A stretch of DNA of 32,000 nt from Aliivibrio fischeri ES114 (GCF_000011805.1 NC_006840.2), one strand, 5' to 3'; counted from the first letter of the stretch, positions 9,332 to 20,157 are shown. The notes: a model not told the origin generated them from the letters alone. Translations and numbers: made by a program.

Positions 9332-9953
9332 TCTTAACTAGCCAAGCTTCTAAAGCGGTAATAATTGAATTTGTCACGGTTTCTAAATCTTGCCCTGCAT
9401 CAATAGTAATAATACTTTCATCACTATTTGCAAATTCTAAATAACGTTCACGACTTCTCTCAAAAAAATCTAACTTCATTTGTTCAATTCTATCAAGCTC
9501 ACCGCGAGCAGATGCTCTCTGCAAACCTAGTTTAGGGTCAATATCCATGTAAATAGTTAAATCAGGCTTAAAGTCACCTAATACTGTATTTCTCATGGTC
9601 ATCATTAACTCACGATCAAATCCACGGCCACCACCTTGGTATGCTTGTGAAGATAAATCATGACGATCACCAACAACCCATTCACCTCTTGCAAGAGCAG
9701 GCTTAATCACGTTACCTACTAACTGAGCACGTGCAGCATAAAGAAGAAGCAATTCTGCCATATCCGTTAGTGGCTCATCAGGATGACCTTGTTTAACCAG
9801 TTCACGCATTTTCTCAGCAAGAGGGGTTCCTCCTGGCTCACGCGTTGTAACTGGTGACGTAATACCGTGTTTTGCCAATGTAGCTAGTACGTTCTTAATT
9901 GCTGTACTTTTGCCTGCGCCTTCTAGGCCTTCGATTACAATAAATTTAGACAT
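9321..9953 (-). CDS. tmk: Thymidylate kinase
   Basis: [20 protein letters not shown]-loop, [29 protein letters not shown]. Confidence 0.95.
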   Translation of the reverse strand: MSKFIVIEGLEGAGKSTAIKNVLATLAKHGITSPVTTREPGGTPLAEKMRELVKQGHPDEPLTDMAELLLLYAARAQLVGNVIKPALARGEWVVGDRHDLSSQAYQGGGRGFDRELMMTMRNTVLGDFKPDLTIYMDIDPKLGLQRASARGELDRIEQMKLDFFERSRERYLEFANSDESIITIDAGQDLETVTNSIITALEAWLVKNGN

Positions 9954-9955
9954 GA

Positions 9956-10923
9956 TTAATTTCTTAAAGTTCTTAAGTAAGCTCTAACCGCTTTGTTATG
10001 CTCAACTAATGATTTAGTGAATTTATGACCGCCAGTACCATCAGCGACAAAATATAAGTATCGGCTTGTTTCAGGATGAAGAGCTGCTTTTATTGAAGCA
10101 GGACCGGCCATAGCAATAGGCGTTGGCGGTAATCCATTAATTGTATAAGTATTATAAGCCGTAGGTGTTCGTAGATCTTTCTTACGAATATTACCGTCGT
10201 ATTTGTCACCCATACCATAAATAACCGTAGGGTCTGTTTGTAGACGCATACCACGCTTTAAGCGGTTAACAAACACAGATGAAACTCGCTCTCTCTCAGA
10301 GTCAATTGCCGTCTCTTTTTCGATAATAGACGCTAGAATTAATGCTTCATAAGAAGATTTTAACGGTAAATTAGCTGACTTTGTTTTCCATTCCGCATCT
10401 AATAATGTTGTTAATGCTTTATGAGAACGCTCTAAAATATCAAAATCACTCATACCTGCGGTGTAATGGTATGTTTCAGCTAAAAATAAGCCTTCCAATT
10501 TAGTTCGTTCAATACCCAACTTGTTCGCAATTTCTTTTTCTGACATTCCCTCAAGCTCATGCTCCAGATAAGGAGCTTGTTCCAGCTGTTGTTGCCATTC
10601 AGAAAAACGACTTCCTTCTACAAAAGTAATTGAGAATTGATGTTCTTTACCTGTTTTTAGCTGAGTTAACACATCTGCAAGTGTTTGGTTTGGTTCAACC
10701 CAATAAGTACCGGCTTTAATATTTATTAGCTGAGGCGATACTTTATGAGTAAACCGTGCCCATTTAGCATCAGATATCCATTTATTTTCTTCAAGTTGAC
10801 GGATGAGTTTTCGATAACTTGTCCCTGGTTTTACTTCAACAAGTTGAGCGTTCTCTAGCATCAGTCTAATGACTCAATCGACCCGATCACACGATATAAA
10901 ATAATGATAATTAGTTTTTTCAA
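9956..10923 (-). CDS. mltG: Endolytic murein transglycosylase; intact ORF 9956..10861, apparent N-terminal remnant 10861..10923 in another frame
   Basis: ORF 9956..10861: [76 protein letters not shown]. The 5' part from TTG 10923, overlapping the pabC stop, encodes [20 protein letters not shown]. Confidence 0.85.
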
Positions 10924-11726
10924 CACGAGTACAGTTTCTCCTGAAACCAATGAGTTAATGTATGTTTGGTAAAATGAATTTCTTTGATCTTATTTATCGG
11001 TACGACTTCAAATAAGGAGTTAGTGATAAAAACTTCATCTGCATTTGCAAGCGTATCAATATTACAATGTACTGATTCTATGTCGATATAATGACTCTTA
11101 GCAATTTCACTAATGTGCGTCTTCATCACCCCTTCAACACCAGCTAATGATAAATTAGGGGTAAATATTCTATCACCCTTAACCCAAAAAATGTTTCCTA
11201 TCGACGTCTCAACGATGTTGTTATTAATATCGAGAACAATGACATCTAAGTAATCTGTTTTCTTCACTGATTGCTTTATTAGTACTTGCTCTAGGCGGTT
11301 TAGATGCTTCATTCCAGCTAAAAGTGGATTGAGTCCTAGATGAATATCGGATATCCCTAAATCTATGCCTTTTTGTTGCCATTCTTGATATTCGACAGGC
11401 AGTGTAAAAGTCGACACAATCACTTGCGTGTTTGTACATCCTTCAGGAGAGTAACCTCGCCCACCACTTCCTCTTGTTATTAAGATTTTAATGCCACCAT
11501 TCATTACTTTAGAAGCAAGTCCAATCATTTGCTCTTCAAGTACACACCAATCTGGCTCCGTTATACCTAAACGTTCTGCTGAGGTTTTAAGTCGAGTTAA
11601 GTGCAATTTCCACAAACAAATCTTCTTATTTAATACCTTCATGGTAGTAAAAAAACCATCACCATACTGAGTTGCTCGATCACTGATTGGAAGTGATTCA
11701 GATTCCATTCCATTAACCCAAAACAT
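10920..11726 (-). CDS. pabC: Aminodeoxychorismate lyase
   Basis: MFWVNGMESESLPISDRATQYGDGFFTTMKV, MKHLNRLEQV and ETSIGNIFWV motifs of PLP fold-type IV. Located between mltG and fabF. Confidence 0.9.
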   Translation of the reverse strand: MFWVNGMESESLPISDRATQYGDGFFTTMKVLNKKICLWKLHLTRLKTSAERLGITEPDWCVLEEQMIGLASKVMNGGIKILITRGSGGRGYSPEGCTNTQVIVSTFTLPVEYQEWQQKGIDLGISDIHLGLNPLLAGMKHLNRLEQVLIKQSVKKTDYLDVIVLDINNNIVETSIGNIFWVKGDRIFTPNLSLAGVEGVMKTHISEIAKSHYIDIESVHCNIDTLANADEVFITNSLFEVVPINKIKEIHFTKHTLTHWFQEKLYSC

Positions 11727-11757
11727 GACAACTCCTAACCAACAGACTAATAAATAA

Positions 11758-11790
11758 AAAGGCGGTTTGATATAATATCAAACCGCCTTT
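11758..11790 (-). terminator. Intrinsic terminator downstream of fabF
   Basis: AGGCGGTTTGAT-ATAAT-ATCAAACCGCCT, with a T-tract (plus-strand AAAAA) on the minus strand. Confidence 0.85.
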
Positions 11791-11838
11791 AAAGTGTAAC
11801 TGACTCTTGGAAACTAGTTAAGCTTCACAAACAAGTTA

Positions 11839-13083
11839 TTACATTTTCTTGAAGATTAGTGAACCGTTTGTACCACCAAAACCGAATGAGTTACAGATTG
11901 CGTATTCCATATCTGTTACTTTACGAGCTGTGTGTGGAACAAGGTCAATATCTAAACCTTCTTCAGGATCATCAAGGTTGATTGTTGGTGGAACGATTTG
12001 ATCAACCAAAGACATCGCTGTGATGATTGCTTCAACAGAACCTGCAGCACCTAAAAGGTGACCAGTCATTGATTTTGTTGAAGATACTAAAACTTGCTTA
12101 GAGCCAGCTTCACCAAGAGCACGTTTAATGCCTTTAATTTCAGCTACATCACCAGCAGGAGTAGACGTACCGTGTGCATTTACGTAACCGATTTGTTCAC
12201 CAGTTACGCCAGCATCACGCATCGCAGCTTCCATCGCTAACGCACCACCAGAACCATCTGGCGTTGGCGAAGTCATATGGTAAGCATCACCACTCATACC
12301 AAAACCTACAAGTTCACAGTAGATCTTAGCACCACGAGCTTTAGCGTGTTCATATTCTTCAAGAACCATCATGCCAGCACCATCACCTAGAACAAAACCA
12401 TCACGGTTTTTGTCCCAAGGACGAGATGCGCCTTGAGGGTTTTCATTATTTGTAGATAGTGCTTTTGCTGCACCAAAACCACCCATACCTAGCTCTGTAG
12501 ATGCTTTCTCAGCACCACCAGCTAGCATTGCATCAGCATCACCATAAGCGATCATACGTGCAGCATGACCAATATTATGAAGACCTGTAGTACAAGCAGT
12601 TGAAATTGCGATATTTGGACCACGTAAACCACGAATAATCGACATATGACCTGCGATCATATTAACGATTGTAGAAGGCACGAAAAACGGGCTGATCTTA
12701 CGAGGACCTTTTTCACTGAATGCTTTGTAGCCAGCTTCAATTAAGCCAAGGCCACCAATACCTGAACCAATTGCTGCACCGATACGGTGAGCATTTTCTT
12801 CAGTAACTTTAAAACCCGAGTCATCTAATGCCTGAATGCCAGCAGCTACGCCGTATTGGATAAATAAATCCATCTTACGAGCGTCTTTCTTAGACATGTA
12901 CTCTTCAGCATTAAAGTCTTGAACTAGACCTGCAAAACGAGTAGTAAACTCAGTGGTGTCAAAGTGTTCGATATTAACGATACCGCTTTGGCCTGCTAAC
13001 AGCGCTTTCCAAGATGCTTCAACAGTGTTACCCACCGGTGTTAGCATACCCATGCCTGTAACAACTACACGACGTTTGGACAC
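11839..13083 (-). CDS. fabF: Beta-ketoacyl-ACP synthase II
   Basis: [76 protein letters not shown]. Confidence 0.95.
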   Translation of the reverse strand: MSKRRVVVTGMGMLTPVGNTVEASWKALLAGQSGIVNIEHFDTTEFTTRFAGLVQDFNAEEYMSKKDARKMDLFIQYGVAAGIQALDDSGFKVTEENAHRIGAAIGSGIGGLGLIEAGYKAFSEKGPRKISPFFVPSTIVNMIAGHMSIIRGLRGPNIAISTACTTGLHNIGHAARMIAYGDADAMLAGGAEKASTELGMGGFGAAKALSTNNENPQGASRPWDKNRDGFVLGDGAGMMVLEEYEHAKARGAKIYCELVGFGMSGDAYHMTSPTPDGSGGALAMEAAMRDAGVTGEQIGYVNAHGTSTPAGDVAEIKGIKRALGEAGSKQVLVSSTKSMTGHLLGAAGSVEAIITAMSLVDQIVPPTINLDDPEEGLDIDLVPHTARKVTDMEYAICNSFGFGGTNGSLIFKKM

Positions 13084-13132
13084 GATATATTTCTCCGGAA
13101 TTAATTGAAATTAGATAGGGATTTGTTGCGTA

Positions 13133-13163
13133 TAAAAACTCAGGCGGTCAAGATGACCGCCTG
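13133..13163 (-). terminator. Intergenic attenuator/terminator hairpin between acpP and fabF
   Basis: CAGGCGGTCA-TCT-TGACCGCCTG followed by AGTTTTTAT on the minus strand. Confidence 0.65.
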
Positions 13164-13174
13164 GAGGGTATTTC

Positions 13175-13408
13175 TTACTGTGCGCTAGTTACGTAGTCGA
13201 TAGCAGCTTGAACAGTAGTGATCTTCTCAGCTTCTTCATCTGGAATCTCAGTATCAAACTCTTCTTCTAGAGCCATTACTAGCTCAACTGTGTCTAGTGA
13301 GTCTGCACCTAGGTCATCAACAAATGATGCTTCGTTTTTAACTTCAGCTTCATCCACACCTAGTTGTTCAACGATGATTTTCTTTACGCGTTCTTCAAGA
13401 TTACTCAT
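13175..13408 (-). CDS. acpP: Acyl carrier protein
   Basis: [52 protein letters not shown]; the DSL phosphopantetheine site is present. Confidence 0.98.
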   Translation of the reverse strand: MSNLEERVKKIIVEQLGVDEAEVKNEASFVDDLGADSLDTVELVMALEEEFDTEIPDEEAEKITTVQAAIDYVTSAQ

Positions 13409-13577
13409 TTTTTATTTTCCTAATTACAGATTCGCTGATTTGCGATACTTGCTGTATTTTATTCATTAATAAGAAAGTTGCAAGGCCAACATTGCTGGTC
13501 AAACCACGATTTTCGTGATTTTTAGTGCAATTTTGACTCAGAATTGACCTAAGTCACCCTTAAATCAATTCTATGAA

Positions 13578-14315
13578 TTAAACCATGTACATGCCGCCAT
13601 TTACGTGCAGTGTTTCGCCCGTAATGTATGCCGCTTCCGGAGAGGCCAAAAATACCACCGCTGATGCGATTTCTTTTGGATCACCTAGACGTCCAGCTGG
13701 TACCGCTGATAGTGTTGCAGCTCGTTGGTCATCATTCAAGGCTTTTGTCATATCTGTTTCAATAAAACCTGGTGCAACAGTATTTACTGTTACGCCACGT
13801 GAAGCAACTTCACGAGCCATAGACTTAGTAAAACCAATTACGCCTGCTTTTGCAGCTGCATAGTTAGTTTGACCAGCGTTACCCATTGTACCAACAACAG
13901 AACCAACGTTAATGATACGACCGTTACGCTTCTTCATCATGCCACGAAGAACCGCTTTTGATAAACGGAAAATAGACGTTAAGTTAGTATCCATGATATC
14001 TGTCCACTCATCGTCTTTCATACGCATAAGTAGGTTATCACGAGTAATACCCGCATTATTTACCAAGATATCAATCGCACCAAACTCATCGTTAATGCTT
14101 TTTAGTACAGACTCAATCGACTCTACATCAGTTACATTTAAAGCAAGACCTTTACCGTTCTCACCTAGGTATTCACTGATTGCTGCAGCGCCACCTTCAG
14201 ACGTCGCTGTACCAATCACTGTTGCGCCACGAGATACAAGTAGTTCAGCGATTGAACGACCGATACCACGGCTTGCACCAGTAACTAAGGCAATTTTGCC
14301 CTCTAGATTCATCAT
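13578..14315 (-). CDS. fabG: 3-oxoacyl-ACP reductase
   Basis: ALVTGASRGIGRSIAELL, LVNNAGITRDNLLMRM, YAAAKAGVIGFTKSMARE, GETLHVNGGMYM. Confidence 0.97.
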   Translation of the reverse strand: MMNLEGKIALVTGASRGIGRSIAELLVSRGATVIGTATSEGGAAAISEYLGENGKGLALNVTDVESIESVLKSINDEFGAIDILVNNAGITRDNLLMRMKDDEWTDIMDTNLTSIFRLSKAVLRGMMKKRNGRIINVGSVVGTMGNAGQTNYAAAKAGVIGFTKSMAREVASRGVTVNTVAPGFIETDMTKALNDDQRAATLSAVPAGRLGDPKEIASAVVFLASPEAAYITGETLHVNGGMYMV

Positions 14316-14331
14316 TTTATTTTCCCTTTAA

Positions 14332-15256
14332 TTACTTAGCAGCTTCAAGTGAAGCAGCATCATTTACCGCTGCTGCGCTAAGTGACTTAACGATGCGTTT
14401 CGTTAGACCAGTTAATACTTTACCTGGACCAACTTCGTATAACGTTTCAACGCCTTGTTCTGCCATTTTTTCAACAACTTCAGTCCAACGAACTGGGCCG
14501 TATAATTGACGAACTAGTGCATCTTTAATTTTTGCAGGATCAGTTTCTGCAATAACATCAACATTATTAATTACTGGTAATGTTGGTGTGTTGAATTCGA
14601 TATTTTCTAATGCAACAGCCAATTTATCTGCTGCTGGTTTCATTAGTGCACAGTGTGAAGGTACTGATACAGGTAAAGGAAGAGCACGTTTTGCACCCGC
14701 TTCTTTACATAATACGCCTGCACGTTCAACTGCATCTTTGTTACCAGCGATAACCACTTGGCCTGGAGAGTTAAAGTTTACAGGTGAAACTACTTCACCT
14801 TGTGCCGCTTCTTCACATGCTTTAGCAATTGATTCATTATCTAAACCAATAATTGCATACATTGCACCAACACCTGCAGGAACCGCTTCTTGCATTAATT
14901 GGCCACGCAATTCTACTAATTTAATTGCTTCTTTAAAGTCAATGACACCCGCACAAACAAGCGCTGAATATTCACCAAGGCTATGACCAGCTAATACTGA
15001 TGGTTGAGCCAAACCTTGTTCTTGCCATACACGCCATAATGCAACAGACGTTGCTAACAATGCAGGCTGCGTACGGAAAGTTTGATTTAAATCTTCTGCT
15101 GGTCCATTTTGAACTAAAGACCATAAGTCATAACCTAATGCGTCAGATGCTTCTGCAAATGTTTGAGTTACCACTTCGTGTTGCTCACCTAATTCAGCAA
15201 GCATGCCAACAGCTTGAGAGCCTTGGCCTGGGAAAAACGATAGCAAAATTGCTCAT
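14332..15256 (-). CDS. fabD: Malonyl-CoA:ACP transacylase; natural start ATG 15256 out of frame with the body (apparent +1 in a T5 run)
   Basis: Body: FPGQGSQAVGMLAELG, GHSLGEYSALV, VSVPSHCALM. From ATG 15256 (SD AAAGGAAA): MSNFAIVFPRPRLSSCWHAC*. Removing one T from GTTTTTCCC restores MSNFAIVFPGQGSQ. Confidence 0.9.
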
Positions 15257-15322
15257 GAATATTATTTCCTTTAAATAAGCTTATTTAAGAGGGTTAACCA
15301 CACATAGGATTAACCTCTAAAT

Positions 15323-16276
15323 TTAAAACTTAACCAGAGCCGAGCCCCAAGTAAACCCACCACCAAATGCTTCAAGTAGTAAAGTTTGACCTCGTTGAAT
15401 TCGGCCATCACGTACCGCTTCATCTAACGCTGTAGGAACAGTCGCAGCTGAAGTGTTACCGTGGCGGTCTAGAGTTACAACAACTTGATCCATCGACATT
15501 GATAGTTTCTTTGCTGTCGCTTTAATAATTCGTAAGTTAGCTTGATGAGGAACCAACCAATCAAGTTCAGATTTATCCATCTGATTTTCTTGAAGTGTTT
15601 CTTTTACCAAGTTAGAAAGTTGAGTTACTGCTACTTTAAATACTTCATTACCAGCCATATATAGCCACTTGTCTGCTTCTTCATTCTTACGAGAAGGAAC
15701 AGGTAATGAAAGTAATTCACCAAACTTACCATCAGCATGTAAATGTGTTGAGATAATGCCAGGTTCTTCACTTTGCCCTAAGACAACAGCGCCTGCACCA
15801 TCACCAAATAAAATGATAGTTGAGCGGTCTTCTGGATCACAAGTATGAGAAACAGCATCAGAACCAATAACAAGCACGTTCTTTGCCATGCCAGTTTTAA
15901 TGTGTTGGTCTGCAACGCTTAATGCATAAACAAAACCTGAACATGCTGCTGATAAATCAAATGCAGGACAGCCTTGAATACCTAATAAACCTTGAACTTC
16001 ACACGCTGCAGATGGAAATGAGTACGTAGGCGTACTTGTTGCCAAAATAATAAGATCAATATCGTTCTTATCAATACCAGCCATTTCAATTGCATTTACA
16101 GAAGCAAGGTGAGCCATTGTAGCTACCGATTCATCTTCACCAGCAATGCGACGTTCACTAATACCAGTTCGAGCTAAGATCCACTCATCACTAGTATCGA
16201 CCATTTTTTCTAAATCCGCATTTGAGCGAATTTGTGCTGGTAAATAGCTACCAGTACCTAAAATTTTGCTATACAT
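15323..16276 (-). CDS. fabH: Beta-ketoacyl-ACP synthase III
   Basis: [53 protein letters not shown]. Confidence 0.95.
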   Translation of the reverse strand: MYSKILGTGSYLPAQIRSNADLEKMVDTSDEWILARTGISERRIAGEDESVATMAHLASVNAIEMAGIDKNDIDLIILATSTPTYSFPSAACEVQGLLGIQGCPAFDLSAACSGFVYALSVADQHIKTGMAKNVLVIGSDAVSHTCDPEDRSTIILFGDGAGAVVLGQSEEPGIISTHLHADGKFGELLSLPVPSRKNEEADKWLYMAGNEVFKVAVTQLSNLVKETLQENQMDKSELDWLVPHQANLRIIKATAKKLSMSMDQVVVTLDRHGNTSAATVPTALDEAVRDGRIQRGQTLLLEAFGGGFTWGSALVKF

Positions 16277-16281
16277 GAAGA

Positions 16282-17307
16282 CTAATAATGCCTCTCGAGT
16301 AAAACTGCCTCCAAGCGATCACTAATACGGTTAGGTATTTGTCGCTTGACCTCATGAACCGCTTCCTTGATGGCATTGTTAAAGGCAGATACATCTGCGC
16401 TTCCATGACTTTTAACAACAATGCCGCGCAATCCTATCAGACTTGCGCCGTTATACTGGTCGGGGTTCAGCCCTTTTAAGCAAGAAATGACATCACCAAA
16501 GAGCCATTTCGCTATAAATTGTTTAAATTTTGATGTGATCAGGTGTGATTTTAGTTGATCTAAAAATAAATGCGCTACACCTTCACTTGTTTTCAAGCAA
16601 ACATTCCCAACAAAGCCATCACACACTACTACATCTGCAATGCCTTGATAAAGCTTATCACCTTCAATATAGCCGATAAATTCAATATCTTGGCATTGAT
16701 TTAACATTTCAGCGCAACGTTTAATCTGATCGTTACCCTTAATCTCTTCTTCACCAATATTTAATAATGCGACTTTAGCTTTACGTTTCAATGTTTGCTC
16801 AGCTAATTCTGAACCCATTACTGCGAACTGAAAAAGGGTTTCAGCATCGCACGAAACATTAGCACCAAGATCTAACATCCAAGTTCTTTGATTATTTTTA
16901 GTTGGTAAAGGGCTAATTAGCGCAGGACGTTCGACACCAGGAAGAAGCTTTAATGTAAATCGAGATAATCCCATCAGCGCACCTGTATTGCCGGCACTAA
17001 TGCACGCATCTGCTTCTTTATTTGCGACCATGTCAATGGCCATTCGCATTGAGCTTCCGCGACTGTGACGTAGGGCTTTTGAAGGTTGTGTGTTATTGCC
17101 TATAACGCTCTCGCTATGAACAATAGAAAATCTTGAGTTGGGGATATAATTTAGATGTGTCAGTTGTGTAGAAATCGCGTCACGATCTCCAATAACTGTA
17201 ATTTTTAGCTCTGGGAATTGTGACAATGCCTGCACGGCGGCAGGCACTGTAACTTGGGGACCGAAATCCCCACCCATCGCATCAATTGCAATGGTTAGCT
17301 GCTGCAA
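16282..17307 (-). CDS. plsX: Phosphate acyltransferase
   Basis: [22 protein letters not shown]; [24 protein letters not shown]-type motif; [10 protein letters not shown]; [16 protein letters not shown]. Confidence 0.95.
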   Translation of the reverse strand: MQQLTIAIDAMGGDFGPQVTVPAAVQALSQFPELKITVIGDRDAISTQLTHLNYIPNSRFSIVHSESVIGNNTQPSKALRHSRGSSMRMAIDMVANKEADACISAGNTGALMGLSRFTLKLLPGVERPALISPLPTKNNQRTWMLDLGANVSCDAETLFQFAVMGSELAEQTLKRKAKVALLNIGEEEIKGNDQIKRCAEMLNQCQDIEFIGYIEGDKLYQGIADVVVCDGFVGNVCLKTSEGVAHLFLDQLKSHLITSKFKQFIAKWLFGDVISCLKGLNPDQYNGASLIGLRGIVVKSHGSADVSAFNNAIKEAVHEVKRQIPNRISDRLEAVLLERHY

Positions 17308-17317
17308 AGCGTCAACC

Positions 17318-17488
17318 TTACTTGTTGATTACCTTGCGGCCACGGTAGTAACCGTCAGCTGTAACGTTGTGACGAAGGTGAGTTTCGCCACTTGTTGCGT
17401 CTACAGATACTGCACTTGTAGTTAGTGCATCGTGTGAACGACGCATGCCACGCATTGAACGTGATTTCTTGCTCTTTTGTACGGCCAT
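17318..17488 (-). CDS. rpmF: 50S ribosomal protein L32 (56 aa)
   Basis: Minus-strand translation [56 protein letters not shown]. Not in the ORF track (short). Confidence 0.95.
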   Translation of the reverse strand: MAVQKSKKSRSMRGMRRSHDALTTSAVSVDATSGETHLRHNVTADGYYRGRKVINK

Positions 17489-17504
17489 GGACCCTACTCC
17501 TCAA

Positions 17505-18026
17505 TTACTGTTGTTTTAAAGATTTTAAAACATCAAACGGATTCGGTTTCTCTTCCTCTTCAGGAATTTCGCCAAATACCAAATTGTTAGATTTGACCTG
17601 ACAATCTTCAATGTCATGCATAGCGACTTGCGGCAACGCTAGAATAAACTCGTCAGTTACCAGCTCAACGAGATCGACTTCACCAAACTCATTTAAATCT
17701 ACAAGCTCATAGTCCTCAGGAACTAAAGCTGCCTTCTCTTCGCTTAAAAAAGGCGTGTAGGTAAATGATACGCTTAGATGATGTTCGAAATTTTCATTAC
17801 AGCGTTGACATTCCAACAACACATCGACGTCAGCTTTACCAGAGATAACGGCTAGTCGTTGTTCGTCAACTTTAAATGACAAAGTGACTTCAGCATCACT
17901 TTTCACATCTACAGTAGATTCAGCTAAACGCTTTAAAATACTAGACTGGATGATTCCATCGTAGTCCATTCTTTTTTGAGCAGTTCGAGCAGCATCAACT
18001 GTTCGTGGTAATTTTACCTTTTGCAT
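17505..18026 (-). CDS. yceD: YceD/DUF177 family, 23S rRNA accumulation-type protein
   Basis: MQKVKLPRTVDAARTAQKRMDYDGI, CQRCNENFEH; immediately upstream of rpmF. Confidence 0.9.
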   Translation of the reverse strand: MQKVKLPRTVDAARTAQKRMDYDGIIQSSILKRLAESTVDVKSDAEVTLSFKVDEQRLAVISGKADVDVLLECQRCNENFEHHLSVSFTYTPFLSEEKAALVPEDYELVDLNEFGEVDLVELVTDEFILALPQVAMHDIEDCQVKSNNLVFGEIPEEEEKPNPFDVLKSLKQQ

Positions 18027-18160
18027 AGGGCGCGCATCTTATCTTTCTAAAGCCTTCGAGTCAAAGAAAAATGGCACAAATTTATGCTTTTTTTCTTCCC
18101 AGTTGCTATTTCAGCAGAGTTGCTAATAATAAACGAAAAATTTGAGAAGAAGAACCCATT

Positions 18161-18742
18161 ATGCAATCAAAACTTATTCTGGCCTCTACATCCCCATTCC
18201 GTAAAGAGATCTTGTCAAAGATCCAACTGGATTTTGATGCAATTTCACCCGTTTGTGATGAAACTCCGCTGAAAAATGAATCACCTATCAATTTAGTAAC
18301 TCGTTTAGCAGAGACAAAAGCAAATTCATGTGGCATTGAAGATCCAAATTATTTGATAATTGGATCCGACCAAGTTTGTGTCATTAACGAAAAAATTGTA
18401 GGTAAACCACTTACTCGTGAAAAAGCGGTACAACAACTTGAAGAAGCAAGTGGCCATAAAATCACATTTTATACAGGTCTTTCAGTATTCAATACCACAA
18501 CCAAACAGGCTGACACCATCTGCGAAGAATTCAATGTTTATTTTCGACAGTTAACTCGTAAGCAAATTGAAAATTACGTGGATAAAGAAGAACCGTTTTA
18601 TTGCGCTGGCAGTTTTAAATGTGAAGGTTTAGGCATTGCTTTATTTGAGAAATTAGAAGGAAAAGATCCAAATACGCTAATTGGATTACCGCTAATCTCG
18701 CTTATCGATATGTTAGAGAAACAGGGCCTTAACGTTTTGTAA
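18161..18742 (+). CDS. yceF: Maf-family nucleotide pyrophosphatase (YceF type)
   Basis: MQSKLILASTSPFRKEIL, ETPLKNESP, LIIGSDQVCVIN, GSFKCEGLGIALFEKLEGKDPNTLIGLPL. Confidence 0.9.
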   Translation: MQSKLILASTSPFRKEILSKIQLDFDAISPVCDETPLKNESPINLVTRLAETKANSCGIEDPNYLIIGSDQVCVINEKIVGKPLTREKAVQQLEEASGHKITFYTGLSVFNTTTKQADTICEEFNVYFRQLTRKQIENYVDKEEPFYCAGSFKCEGLGIALFEKLEGKDPNTLIGLPLISLIDMLEKQGLNVL

Positions 18743-18745
18743 TTA

Positions 18746-18781
18746 ATAAAAAAGCGATAAGTAACAATCTACTTATCGCTT
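18746..18781 (-). terminator. Intrinsic terminator downstream of rluC
   Basis: AAGCGATAAGTA-(6)-TACTTATCGCTT with TTTTTT on the minus strand. Confidence 0.85.
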
Positions 18782-18821
18782 CTAGCATTTCAATTAATTC
18801 TATTAAACTTACATCGTTAGA

Positions 18822-19769
18822 TTAATTTTTACTGCGTAAGCCTTTTAATACTCGTTCTAATTTTGCTCCCATTGGTGCACTAATATCCATTAACTCTTCC
18901 GTTGCTGGATGAGTGAACTTGATGTTTGCAGCATGCAAAAATAGACGGTCTAAACCAAATTGGCCTGTATACGCATCAAATCGACGATCACCATAACGAT
19001 CATCCCAACCAATTGGGTGTCCCGTATATTGCGTATGAACACGAATTTGGTGCGTACGACCTGTAATTGGACTTGCTTGAATAAGTGTTGCTTGTTCGAA
19101 TTTCTCAAGCACCTTAAATCGAGTCTCAGATGGTTTTCCGTTTGGATTGACACGAACAATACTATTCACTTCGTTTTTTAGTAGTGGAGCATTAACAACC
19201 TTACAGCTGTTCTTCCATTGTCCCATCACCAGTGCAAAGTAATATTTTTGTACCGTTTTATTTCTAAACTGTTCTTGAAGTCGACGTAGAGCTGAGCGTT
19301 TCTTCGCAACCAATAAGATACCAGACGTATCACGGTCAATTCGGTGTACTAATTCTAAAAAACGAGCATCAGGTCGCAAAGCTCGTAATGCTTCGATCGC
19401 ACCAAATTTTAAACCACTACCACCGTGCACTGCTGTACCTGATGGTTTATTTAAAATTAAAACATGATCATCTTCATAAATAATACAATGTTCAAGCTCT
19501 GCTACTTTGCCTAATTTTACATTAGGAAGATCTGGTGCAGTTGATTCCGGCACTTTTACTGGAGGAATACGAACTACGTCGCCTTCTTGCAGTTTATATT
19601 CAGGCTTAATACGTTTTTTATTTACACGTACTTCTCCCTTACGCACGATTCGATAAATCATACTTTTAGGAACATTTTTTAAGCGGGCAAGAAGAAAATT
19701 ATCGATTCGTTGCCCTGCAAAATCGTCATCAATATCGACGAATTGCACTTTTGGTTTATCATCATTCAT
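18822..19769 (-). CDS. rluC: 23S rRNA pseudouridine synthase
   Basis: S4-like N-terminus (GQRIDNFLLARLKNVPKSMIYRIVRKGEVRVN), LVHRIDRDTSGILLVAK, GRTHQIRVH; divergent from rne. Confidence 0.92.
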   Translation of the reverse strand: MNDDKPKVQFVDIDDDFAGQRIDNFLLARLKNVPKSMIYRIVRKGEVRVNKKRIKPEYKLQEGDVVRIPPVKVPESTAPDLPNVKLGKVAELEHCIIYEDDHVLILNKPSGTAVHGGSGLKFGAIEALRALRPDARFLELVHRIDRDTSGILLVAKKRSALRRLQEQFRNKTVQKYYFALVMGQWKNSCKVVNAPLLKNEVNSIVRVNPNGKPSETRFKVLEKFEQATLIQASPITGRTHQIRVHTQYTGHPIGWDDRYGDRRFDAYTGQFGLDRLFLHAANIKFTHPATEELMDISAPMGAKLERVLKGLRSKN

Positions 19770-19944
19770 TGGTGTATTCTACTGCTATATTCTCATTTGA
19801 TAAAATTTTTTTAACTCAGATCTAAATAATGAAGATTGCTGCGATTTCATCTGACTGTTATAGTTGCACTCAGAAATTAGCCCAGATGGCTATTTCTTCA
19901 CCTTGGTGAGCATAAAAGCACCAACACGAACTAAAAATATACTG

Positions 19945-20002
19945 CTCAAACGCAGTGATGCAGCAATTGGCGTAAGACATCTGTACTGCTTTGAGTTTTT
20001 TT
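19945..20002 (+). terminator. Terminator-like structure in the rne upstream/leader region
   Basis: CTCAAA(c)GCAGT ... ACTGCTTTGAG, immediately followed by T7; about 210 bp before the rne start. Confidence 0.4.
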
Positions 20003-20090
20003 GCTTGTTATGCCTAAACCATTTTTGATGTTTTAACGACCGTGAATTATTGCGGATCAGCACTGTTGATTAATGGTGTTGATGTGGATT

Positions 20091-20157
20091 GTGCCCTAGA
20101 GCATCCCTGAGTTCCAGCCGTGAGGCTGCACATGTAATCAGCCTTGGGATCTGGCAC
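20091..20157 (+). promoter_or_regulatory. Structured rne 5' leader element (candidate autoregulatory hairpin)
   Basis: Nested helices GTGCC/GGCAC (20091-95/20153-57), ATCCC/GGGAT (20103-07/20146-50), CAGCC-GTGA-GGCTG (20115-28, GNRA tetraloop). Confidence 0.6.

Noticed and set aside
15000-15278. Plus-strand 92-aa ORF antisense to fabD 5' end
   Set aside because: Covers conserved FabD coding; repetitive Leu/Gln composition consistent with reverse-frame artefact.
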